A DNA stretch of 64,000 nt from Macrostomum hystrix (Eukaryota; Animalia; Platyhelminthes). Of this stretch, positions 22,899 to 33,700 are shown one piece after another. Position numbers and translations under genes: made by a program. The first letter of the stretch is position 1. Every line of letters starts with the position of its first letter. Where the stretch lies: positions 5,456,001 through 5,520,000 of the forward strand of contig CATNEN010000011.1 in assembly GCA_950097015.1 (NCBI GenBank), in the 5' to 3' direction. The notes under the pieces are model-generated. The model ran no database searches. It was not told where the DNA came from and worked only from the letters and a program-made list of their open reading frames with translations.

Positions 22899-25375
22899 TC
22901 AGATCTTCTTAGCGTAGAGCACGGCACTTCTGAGCACAGCCTCATCCATTGTTGAGAACGGTCTCAGCCCATTTAGACCGTCAACATAGTCAACGAGTCG
23001 CAGTTCGTTCAGCCGGTCGAAGCCCAGTGCTGAGTAGATGTGCTCAGAATGCACACTGGCTGTACAGGTTGTGGCCAACGGGACGCCCAACTTGGCAGCC
23101 AAATCCATCGACAGTTGAACCAACTTCTTGGCGATGCCTTGGCGAGCATGTGTCCGGGCTACCACTAGAAACTTGAAGGACATTGCTCGATCGACGTTGT
23201 ACTTTTCGGCCAGGTCCACAGTTGCGGACAGATGGTCGAACATTCGATAGACTGCGCTGCACTTTGAATAGCGAGCGGCCAGGTCAGGATCGGACAGAAG
23301 AGGGTGGCGAGAGGAGCTGCTGCTGCCACTGCTGCTGCTGCTGCTGCTGCTGCTGCCGCTGCTGCCGCCGCTGTGTGTGCTCAGCTGGTCGATTGTAGTA
23401 GGCCTGGCACCGACTAGTTTTCTAAATATTGAAATATTTGTGTACTGTTCCTGTTGTTCCTGAGAAGCTAGGAGTCGAACCCGCGACCTTCAAGTTGTGA
23501 GTCCGTATTCCACAAGCTTACAACCACTTTGGCCGTGTTAGACACAGTCCGTGTTAGACACAATCCATGTTAGACACAATCCATGTTAGACACAATCCAT
23601 GTTAGACACAGTTCGTGTTAGACACAGTCCGTGTTAGACACAGTCCGTGTTAGACACAGTCCGTGTTAGACACAGTTCGTGTTAGACACAATCCATGTTA
23701 GACACAGTTCCTGTTAGACACAATTCGTGTTAGACACATTTCTTGTTAGACACACAGTTCGTGTTAGACACAATCCATGTTAGACACAATCCATGTTAGA
23801 CACAGTTCGTGTTAGACACAATCCATGTTAGACACAGTTCGTGTTAGACACAGTCCGTGTTAGACACAGTCCGTGTTAGACACAGTCCGTGTTAGACACA
23901 GTTCGTGTTAGACACAATCCATGTTAGACACAATCCATGTTAGACACAATCCATGTTAGACACAGTTCGTGTTAGACACAATCCATGTTAGACACAGTTC
24001 GTGTTAGACACAATCCATGTTAGACACAATCCATGTTAGACACAGTTCGTGTTAGACACAATCCATGTTAAACACAGTTCGTGTTAGACACAATCCATGT
24101 TAGACACAATCCATGTTAGACACAATCCATGTTAGACACAATCCATGTTAGACACAATCCATGTTAGACACAGTTCGTGTTAGACACAATCCATGTTAGA
24201 CACAATCCATGTTAGACACAGTTCGTGTTAGACACAATCCATGTTAGACACAGTTCGTGTTAGACACAATCCATGTTAGACACAATCCATGTTAGACACA
24301 GTTCGTGTTAGACACAATCCATGTTAGACACAATCCATGTTAGACACAGTTCGTGTTAGACACAATCCATGTTAGACACAGTTCGTGTTAGACACAATCC
24401 ATGTTAGACACAATTCGTGTTAGACACAATCCATGTTAGACACAGTTCGTGTTAGACACAATCCATGTTAGACACAATCCATGTTAGACACAGTTCGTGT
24501 TAGACACAATCCATGTTAGACACAGTTCGTGTTAGACACAATCCATGTTAGACACAATTCGTGTTAGACACAATCCATGTTAGACACAATTAGTGTTAGA
24601 CACAATCCATGTTAAACACAGTTCGTGTTAGACACAATCCATGTTAGACACAATCCATGTTAGACACAATTCGTGTTAGACACAATCCATGTTAGACACA
24701 ATCCATGTTAGACACAGTTCGTGTTAGACACAATCCATGTTAGACACAGTTCGTGTTAGACACAATCCATGTTAGACACAATCCATGTTAGACACAATCC
24801 ATGTTAGACACAATCCATGTTAGACACAGTTCGTGTTAGACACAATCCATGTTAGACACAATCCATGTTAGACACAATTCGTGTTAGACACAATCCATGT
24901 TAAACACAGTTCGTGTTAGACACAATCCATGTTAGACACAATCCATGTTAGACACAATTCGTGTTAGACACAATCCATGTTAGACACAATCCATGTTAGA
25001 CACAGTTCGTGTTAGACACAATCCATGTTAGACACAGTTCGTGTTAGACACAATCCATGTTAGACACAATCCATGTTAGACACAATCCATGTTAGACACA
25101 ATTCGTGTTAGACACTGTCCGTGCTACACAACTCACCCAGAGGCCTTGTCCTCAGCTATAAGGGTGACACCGTGCTTCAGAATTGCGGGCAGTAGCGAGT
25201 GCAGAATTTCTACATCATCAGGCAGTTGCATTCGCAAGCAGCTGCACAATGGCGTTCTCGGATAAAACTCTGAAGCCATTAATTGCCACAAGGCTTCTGT
25301 GTCTTCCAAACTGGCTGTTCGGTAGATTAAGCCGTCGAATTCTTCAAAAACTTGCAGCCGATTTTCAGAGAACAT
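22899..25375 (-). CDS. AANAT-like GNAT acetyltransferase, copy 4 (2 exons, 253 aa)
   Basis: Exon 1 25375-25137 (ends GG|GTGAGT) and exon 2 23421-22899 (TTTAG|A) join in frame: ...EDKASG|KLVGARPTTIDQ...RHPLLSDPDLAARYSK...HARQGIAKKLVQ...VLYAKKI*. Confidence 0.87.
23535..25115. repeat. 16-bp minisatellite (CAATCCATGTTAGACA / CAGTTCGTGTTAGACA) filling the GNAT copy-4 intron
   Basis: Two alternating unit variants. Confidence 0.97.
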
Positions 25376-25789
25376 TTTCCGAAGTTTTCGTAAAGAATTA
25401 ACTACAATTTACCAGTTCTGACATTGTGTTTTGCATTTAAGTGATTTCAATTGGACACAACCTAGCAGTCACTAGCCTGTGGTTTGACTATATTCTCTCG
25501 ATAGTTTAAAACATAAAATTGACCTCTTTCCAAGCGATATACAAGTCCAAAGGTCATACTATTTTTTTGTTTAAAATTAGTAGATATGTTTTAAACAAGC
25601 TAAAATCTCATATCTGGACAGGCAGAAGAAAATGAGAAACTGTGAAATTTTGTCAGTGCAGGTTACAACCTGCAACAATTCGTCTGAAAGAATATTTTTC
25701 AGTTGGAAGCCAAAACATTATACGAGACAAGTTTTCAAAGCCGATGAACAAGAATATGGGTATTTGAAATCCCTCCGTGTCTTTTCGAA

Positions 25790-25925
25790 GCGCAAGGACA
25801 GCTGGATTAACACCGATAATTGTCTCGGGCTGTCTCGCGCTGCTGTTCCTTGTCCCTCCACTGCCCTCCGCCAAGCCCTGCTTGGACTCAACCACAGGGA
25901 CATCAGGACAGTCGCCATGGTCCTC
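25790..25925 (+). mobile_element. Degenerate fragment of a LINE related to the 33.6-39.7 kb element
   Basis: Translates to [39 protein letters not shown], versus [40 protein letters not shown] in ORF2. Confidence 0.75.
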
Positions 25926-25969
25926 AAACTCAAAGCTCTCCGACGTTTTCAGGCCTGAGAATATCTGCC

Positions 25970-26290
25970 AGCTCATTGGAGGGCTGCGGCCAATGGCACA
26001 TCATTTAGTGACAGTACGAGTAGACACGCAGCCAGCGAGGAGGCAATTCTGCCCATTTCGCTGACTCCTCACACAGGTGTGTACATCTGCCCTGACTTTC
26101 TCATCGTCAGGCAGTGTACACTTCCACTGTGCCTTGGAGGTTGGCCCTCAATTACGTAAATTGCACCACAAACCCCCAAGCCTTCTCTCTGCCGCTGCGC
26201 CCCAAATAAATGTGGCCTCGCTGCGGAATCGAACTCAGGGACCTTGGTGCGAGAGGCCAACGCGTTAGACCGCTCTGCCACCGACCCCAA
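25970..26290 (-). mobile_element. SINE family A, full-length
   Basis: Head ...GGAATCGAACTCAGGGACC...CCGCTCTGCCAC and tail GGAGGGCTGCGGCCAATGGCAC. Confidence 0.82.
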
Positions 26291-26839
26291 TTCGACAGGA
26301 GTTAGCATGAAGGGCGGCCTCCGCGCTGCATCCGTTTTGATGTCTCCAGCAGCCAAGTCACGTAACACAGGCTAGACGAAGTTATTTGTACCCGTGACGG
26401 CCGACTAAACTACTATCGAGTAGGCAGTGCAGAATTTTTTTTAAACTGAAGCCAGAAACTTTCTACTGGTGCCATTAACAGTGGATAAGTGCAGAAAAAT
26501 CTACCTCATATCTCGCAACAACACGGATAATTGATTGATCAATCGATACGAGTGGCATTGTTACTCGTAGTGGAGTTTGCTACTAATAAGCATTAGACAC
26601 GGCTCACAAAACTGTACCGTAGCTGTGCAATACTCGCGAGGGCCTTGTTCTGTTCAAGGGAATATTTCATAGGCACATAAATTAAGAATTTCAAATACGC
26701 CTGTTCGTTTTTTTGATCATAAGCGCCCAACAGAACCAGTTGAAATGAAAAAAATGTTCTTTTAAAAGGAAACTCGACTGTTTGTCCTGTAAACATTTAA
26801 TGCTCGTGTTCTCCTTCTTAGAAATATGTAATTTTTCCT

Positions 26840-27500
26840 CCACTCTCCCTGCCTCTCTCCCTGCCTCTCTCTCCCTGTCTCTCTCACTGCCTCTCTCCCT
26901 GTCTCTCTCCCTGCCTCTTTCTCCCCGTCTCTCTCCCTGCCTCTCTCACTGCCTCTTTCTCCCCGTCTCTCTCCCTGTCTCTCTCCCTGCCTCTTTCTCC
27001 CCGTCTCTCTCCCTGCCTCTCTCACTGCCTCTCTCCGTCACTCTCTCCCTGCCTCTCTCACTGCCTCTCTCCGTCACTCTCTCCGTCACTCTCTCCGTCA
27101 CTCTCTCCCTGCCTCTCTCCGTCACTCTCTCCGTCACTCTCTCCGTCACTCTCTCCCTGCCTCTCTCCGTCACTCTCTCCGTCACTCTCTCCGTCACTCT
27201 CTCCCTGCCTCTCTCCGTCACTCTCTCCGTCACTCTCTCCGTCACTCTCTCCCTGCCTCTCTCACTGCCTCTCTCCGTCACTCTCTCCCTGCCTCTCTCA
27301 CTGCCTCTCTCCGTCACTCTCTCCCTGCCTCTCTCCGTCACTCTCTCCGTCACTCTCTCCCTGCCTCTCTCCGTCACTCTCTCCGTCACTCTCTCCCTGC
27401 CTCTCTCCGTCACTCTCTCCCTGCCTCTCTCCCTGCCTCTCTCCCTGCCTCTGTCCCTGTCTCTCTCCCGGCCTCTCTCCCTGCCTCTCTCCCTGCCTCT
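26840..27500. repeat. 12-bp pyrimidine-rich minisatellite (CTCTCTCCCTGC)
   Basis: Tandem periodicity. Confidence 0.93.
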
Positions 27501-28104
27501 CTTCCGTTCTCAGATCCTTCTCAGTATATCGCAGTCCAAATATTCTAGATTCAATTTTTATCTCGTCCTATGCAAAAGATAGATTGTTTCTGTCACTCTG
27601 CAAGCCTCAAACTATCGCTAATCGCTAACCCATGGTACAGAAAATGTTTACCGACATCTATTCTGCCCTCCCAGCTCATTCTCCATGGCATATTTCCTTC
27701 CACCCTATCCAGGACGCACACTCAGCGACCGGTTCTCACCAGACAATAGCAGATATTGCCTATGGAATTCACCTGACAGGGCCATCATTCCATTGCTATT
27801 CCAGTAGCCATGCAGTTGTTTTGCTGAAAACAACCGCTCAGGTCATAGGCCATGATTTTAAAATCATGCTAGCCAATGATCTGATGGAAGGCCGGTGTAA
27901 TTAAAATGAATGCTTGCGGGACTCGATGTGTGCTATAGATAGAGGAATGTGAAAAAATACAATAGGAATTCTGCAAAATGGTCAAGTTGAAAATTCTTTA
28001 AAAATAACACGTTCTGCGTCGTATAAGTTTGCATTCAGAAGAGTGAAAACAATATGAATAGGGACAAATTTGAAGAAAATATAGATATTATGAGAGATTT
28101 AGAG

Positions 28105-28438
28105 AGACAAGCAGAAGGAGAGAGGCAAGGAGAGAGGCAGGGAGAGAGGCAGGGAGAGAGGCAGGGAGTGAGGCAGGGAGAGAGGCCGGGAGAGAGGCAG
28201 GGAGAGAGGCAGGGAGAGAGGCCGGAAGAGAGGCAGTGAGAGAGGCAGGGAGAGAGGCAGGGAGAGAGGCAGGGAGAGAGGCAGGGAGAGAGGGTGGGAG
28301 AGAGGCAGGGAGAGAGGGTGGGAGAGAGGCAGGGAGAGAGGCAGGGAGAGAGGCAGGGAGAGAGGCAGGGAGAGAGTTGCGGGGAGAGAGGCAGGGAGAG
28401 AGGCAGGGAGAGAGGCAGGGAGAGAGGCAGGGAGAGAT
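28105..28438. repeat. 12-bp purine-rich minisatellite (GCAGGGAGAGAG), inverted relative to 26840-27500
   Basis: Reverse complement of the unit above. Confidence 0.93.
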
Positions 28439-29059
28439 GCTGGTAAAGAAGCATGGACAGAATCAAGCTGTTAGTTACAGAGAGGTATTTTAGCATCAGC
28501 AGTGGATAAAAACCTGCAAACAGGCAGCAATTAAGGCGGGGGTGTGAAGTTGGCAGTCCTATTCACTCAGATGTGTTGGCGAGACCAGGTGAAGGCATTT
28601 CAAAATGGCAGCTGCGGCATTACATCTTTCAGTACTTAGCAAAAAAAGCCTTAAAAATGAAGTCACTTTTTTAACCTTTCCCTATGCCCAAAGATCCACT
28701 GGGCAGCTGATCTTATTTCTGCCAATGTTTTCAGAAGCAATAAAGTCTGGACTTTTACTTTCTTGCCCTGTTTGGTTTCAAGTGTTAGGGGGCGCGGCGA
28801 GTTGATTTCCTGGCTTGAGGAGCCGACGACTGAAGTTGCATACAAGTCTGTTTCTAGATTACTTTTAAAATGTGCGGCTACATGAAAGTTAAGCACTTGC
28901 CCACGTGCCCATGTTTTATACCTGCTTTATAGCTAAAAAACGCATGAAATAGCCTACTAAAGTACTGAAGAAATTTCTGAAGAAGCACTGAAGCAATGCC
29001 TGAAGTTATACTGAAGGTTTACTGAATGAAAACCTGAAGGTACATGGAATCAATGCCTG

Positions 29060-29400
29060 AAGGCACACTGAATGAATTCCTGAAGTTACACCTAAGGAAT
29101 GCCTGAAGGTACACTTAGTGAATGCCTGAAGGTACACCGAGTGAATGCCTGAAGGTACACTTAGTGAATGCCTGAAGGTACACCGAGTGAATGCCTGAAG
29201 GTACACTTAGTGAATGCCTGAAGGTACACTGAGTGAATGCCTGAAGGTACACCGAGTGAATGCCTGAAGGTACACCGAGTGAATGCCTGAAGGTACACTG
29301 AGTGAATGCCTGAAGGTACATTGAATGAATGCCTGAAGAAACACCGAATGAATGAATGAAGGTTCACTGGAGGATACTGAAGGCACACTAATGGATACTG
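29060..29400. repeat. 23-bp minisatellite (GAATGCCTGAAGGTACACCGAGT)
   Basis: Tandem periodicity. Confidence 0.92.
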
Positions 29401-29869
29401 AAGGTACACTGAATGATACAGAAATATATTCTGAAGGAAAACTGAAGGAATGTGAACTTGAGGTTCACTGAAGGTCTAATAAATTATATTAGACAGTACC
29501 TAGAATTAGTTTTTGAAGCTAATTGTTCCTGTCAGAGATTAGACCAGTTTGAATTATTAGACCAAGTTTTTTACTCAGGGAAATCGCGTTTTGCACTTTA
29601 ATTTAGTTTGAATGATTAGAAAGACGGATTGCCAGCACTGCATTTTGACTGTGTCCGTAAATTTACAATTAACTGCACAGCTTCAATTTGTTTGTCTGTC
29701 AAAGTTATAGTTTGGCGTACCTTCATAATCTATTAAAATTAGGGATTCCTGATAAGAATTTTAGTCTGTCTAACCCCCGCATGAAAGTCTTTCAGGGGTG
29801 AGAAATGGGTAGTTCTGGGTACCCAGATTCGGAGACAAAATTACGATTAGTTAAAAACTGATTTAAAGA

Positions 29870-30530
29870 GTGAGAGGGGCATTGTGAGAAGGGGAAAGTG
29901 AGAAGGGAGAGTGAGAGGGGTGATTAGGAAAGGGAGATTGGGAAGGGGAGAGTGATAAGTAGATAGTGACAAGAGTAGAGTGAGAAGGGTAGAGTGAGAA
30001 GGGTAGAGTGAGAAGGGTAGAGTGAGAAGGGTAGAGTGAGAAGGGTAGAGTGAGAAGGGTAGAGTGAGAAGGGTAGAGTGAGAAGGGTAGAGTGAGAAGG
30101 GTAGAGTGAGAAGGGTAGAGTGAGAAGGGTAGAGTGAGAAGGGAAGACTGAGAAGGTAGAGTAAGAAGTGGAGAGTGAGAAGTGGAGAGTGAGAATGGAG
30201 AGTGAGAAGGGTAGAGTGAGAAGGTAGAGTAAGAAGTGGAGAGTGAGAAGTGGAGAGTGAGAAGGGTAGAGTGAAAAGTGGAGAGTGAGAAGTGGAGAGT
30301 GAGAAGTGGAGAGTGAAAAGGGAGAGTGAGAACTGGAGAGTGAGAAGGGGAGAGTGAGAAGTGGAGAGTGAAAAGGGAGAGTGAGAACTGGAGAGTGAGA
30401 AGTGGAGAGTGAGAAGGGAGAGTGAGAATGAAGAGTATGAATGGGAGAGTGTGAAGGAGGGAGTGATAAAGGGAGGTTGCGAAGTAGAGCCTGATAAGGG
30501 GAGAGTAAGATGAGTAGTGAGAAGTGTTGG
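29870..30530. repeat. 14-bp purine-rich minisatellite (GAGTGAGAAGGGTA)
   Basis: Tandem periodicity. Confidence 0.92.
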
Positions 30531-30791
30531 AAGCGAAAAAGATGCTGAAATGTTGAGTGTAAGTGTTACAGAACTAAGCACTCACACCAGCGAATGTAGT
30601 CAAAGATATTCTCCGCTTCTCATTGGCCAGTTAGTCTTTTCAGCCAATCACAGATAGATGTTTCGACTCCTTAAATTTCCCGCATCCTTCGCATTTTCCT
30701 GGCAGAGCCAAATGCAATAAACTCCTAGCATTGTCTAGTATATCCTACAAATCCCTATTGTCCCTGATCCCTGATCCCTGTAGATCGCTAG

Positions 30792-33700
30792 TCAAAGATG
30801 AACATCACAGTTGGCTACTTCAGTCATCCGCCTTTCTCCGACTTTGTCCACGGCCGGGTTGAAGGCGTGTTCTGGGACCTGCTGCAGCCGGCCCTGAACG
30901 GCTGTCTGGGTCACGACGTCAGCTACCAGATGCGCCGGTTCACCAACGAGGACGCGCTGTTGAAGGGCGGCCTGTTGGAATGCAACATTAGCTTTCCCGT
31001 GACTAAAGGACCTCTGTACTCAGCACTGCCACCTTCAACTTTTATTCCCGTCTTGAGAACTCCAGGTGAGTGTCAGGTGACGGGTGGGGTAGATTAGACA
31101 CAGGTGGGGAAGATTATACACAGGTGGGGAAGATTAGACACAGGTGGGGAAGATTAGAAACAGGTGGGGAAGATTAGACACAGGTGGGGAAGGTTAGACA
31201 CAGGTGGGGAAGATTAGAGACAGGTGGGGAAGATTAGAAACAGGTGGGGAAGATTAGACACAGGTGGGGTAGGTTAGACACAGGTGGGGAAGGTTAGACA
31301 CAGGTGGGGAAGATTAGAGACAGGTGGGGAAGATTAGAAACAGGTGGGGAAAATTAGACACAGGTGGGAAATATTAGAGACAGGTGGGGGAAGATTAGAA
31401 ACAGGTGGGGAATATTAGACACAGGTGGGGAAGATTAGAGACAGGTGGGGAAGACTCAGGGACTGAAGTTGGTCTAAATCGAGTAAAATAACCAAGGCTT
31501 TTAAATGCTTATTGGCTATCTGATTATATTGAAATCAGAAATTTATAAAAATATACAACGCAAATTGAACTCTGCCTAGAGAAATGCAAATCTACACTTC
31601 CAGTCTGGTGTATTTGAAAAGCTAATTTAGATAGAATGAAATTTGAGTAGGGAGTGGGGAAGAGATTTTGACAAAATTGCATCAGTAAACACACGGAATG
31701 CCACAGCTGTCAAGTGTGGTTCATTGGCTTTCCACAGCGCATGAGTAAGCCCAGCTGGTTAAGCACAGAGAGTGCATTCAATTTCACCAATACTTGTCTA
31801 AACAGGTTCTCAGCATTGATGAAATTGGCCACTCAGTTTCTTCAGCTACTGAAGTTCCACTGCTGACTAAAGTTTCTGAGCTTGACTAGTGCCTGAAGCC
31901 CCTTCAATTGACAACGGAGAAGAGACGGAAGAGATGAGACAGTGGAGAATCGACACAGGGGAGTCGACACAGGGGAGTCGACACAGGGGAGAAAATGAGA
32001 CAGGGAAGAGACGATACACGGGAGAGACGAGACAGGGAGAGATGAGACAGGGAAGACGAGACAGGGAGAAAAGTGACAGGGAGAGATGAGACAGGGGAGA
32101 GATGTGACAGGGAGAGATGTGACAGGGAGAGATGAGACAGGGAGAGATGAGACAGGGAAAGATGTGACAGGGAGAGATGAGACAGAGAGATGAGACAGAG
32201 GAGATGAGACAGGGAGAGATGAGACAGGGAGAGATGAGACAGGGAGAGATGAGACAGGGAAGACGAGACAGGGAGAGATGAGACAGGGAAGACGAGACAG
32301 GGAGAAAAGTGACAGGGAGAGATGAGACAGGGGAGAGATGTGACAGGGAGAGATGAGACAGGGGAGAGATGTGATAGGGAGAGATGAGACAGGGGAGAGA
32401 TGTGACAGGGAGAGACGAGACAGGGAAAGACGAGACAGGGAGAGATAAGACAGAGAGAGATGAGACAGGTGAGAGATGAGACAACAGGACAGATGAGACA
32501 GAGAGAGATGAGACAGGGAAAGATGTGACAGGGAGAGATGAGACAGGGAGAGATGAGACAGGGAAAGATGTGACAGGGAGAGATGAGACAGAGAGATGAG
32601 ACAGAGGAGATGAGACAGGGAGAGATGAGACAGGGAGAGATGAGACAGGGAGAGATGAGACAGGAGAGAGATGCGACAGGGAGAGATGAGACAGCGGAGA
32701 GATAAGACAGAGGAGATGAGACAGGGAGAGATGAGACAGGGAAAGATGTGACAGGGAGAGATGAGACAGAGAGATGAGACAGAGGAGATGAGACAGGGAG
32801 AGATGAGACAGGGAGAGATGAGACAGGGAGAGATGAGACAGGAGAGAGATGCGACAGGGAGAGATGAGACAGCGGAGAGATAAGACAGAGGAGATGAGAC
32901 AGGGAGAGATGAGACAGGGAGAGATGAGACAGGGAGAGATGAGACAGGGAGAGATGAGACAGGGAGAGATGAGACAGGGAGAGATGAGACAGGGAGAGAT
33001 GAGACAGGGAGAGATGAGACAGGAGAGAGATGCGACAGGGAGAGATGAGACAGCGGAGAGATAAGACAGAGGAGATGAGACAGGGAGAGATGAGACAGGG
33101 AGAGATGAGACAGGGAGAGATGAGACAGGGAGAGATGAGACAGGGAGAGATGAGACAGGGAGAGATGAGACAGGGAGAGATGAGACAGGGAGAGATGAGA
33201 CAGGAGAGAGATGCGACAGGGAGAGATGAGACAGCGGAGAGATAAGACAGAGGAGATGAGACAGGGAGAGATGAGACAGGGAAAGATGTGACAGGGAGAG
33301 ATGAGACAGAGAGATGAGACAGAGGAGATGAGACAGGGAGAGATGAGACAGGGAGAGATGAGACAGGGAGAGATGAGACAGGAGAGAGATGCGACAGGGA
33401 GAGATGAGACAGCGGAGAGATAAGACAGAGGAGATGAGACAGGGAGAGATGAGACAGGGAGAGATGAGACAGGGAGAGATGAGACAGGGAGAGATGAGAC
33501 AGGGAGAGATGAGACAGGGAGAGATGAGACAGGGAGAGATGAGACAGGGAGAGATGAGACAGGGAGAGATGAGACAGGAGAGAGACGCGACAGGGGAGAG
33601 ATGAGACAGCGGAGAGATGAGACAGCGGAGAGATGAGACAGAGGAGATGACTTACTTGACTTAGCGGCAGGGGGCCTCCATGACGGACGCAGCGAGGAGG

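Noticed and set aside
26031-26044. SINE-A word GCCTCCTCGCTGGC, identical to the P3-L3-P3' segment of the genomic HDV ribozyme as I recall it
   Set aside because: No P1 or P2 partner strands, no P1.1 GG directly after P1', and no correctly placed J4/2 could be assembled. It is probably coincidental; an RNArobo/Infernal search on the consensus would settle it.
25777-26064. Signal-peptide-like ORF as the missing first exon of the channel
   Set aside because: The sequence is a LINE relic read in another frame and runs into a SINE.
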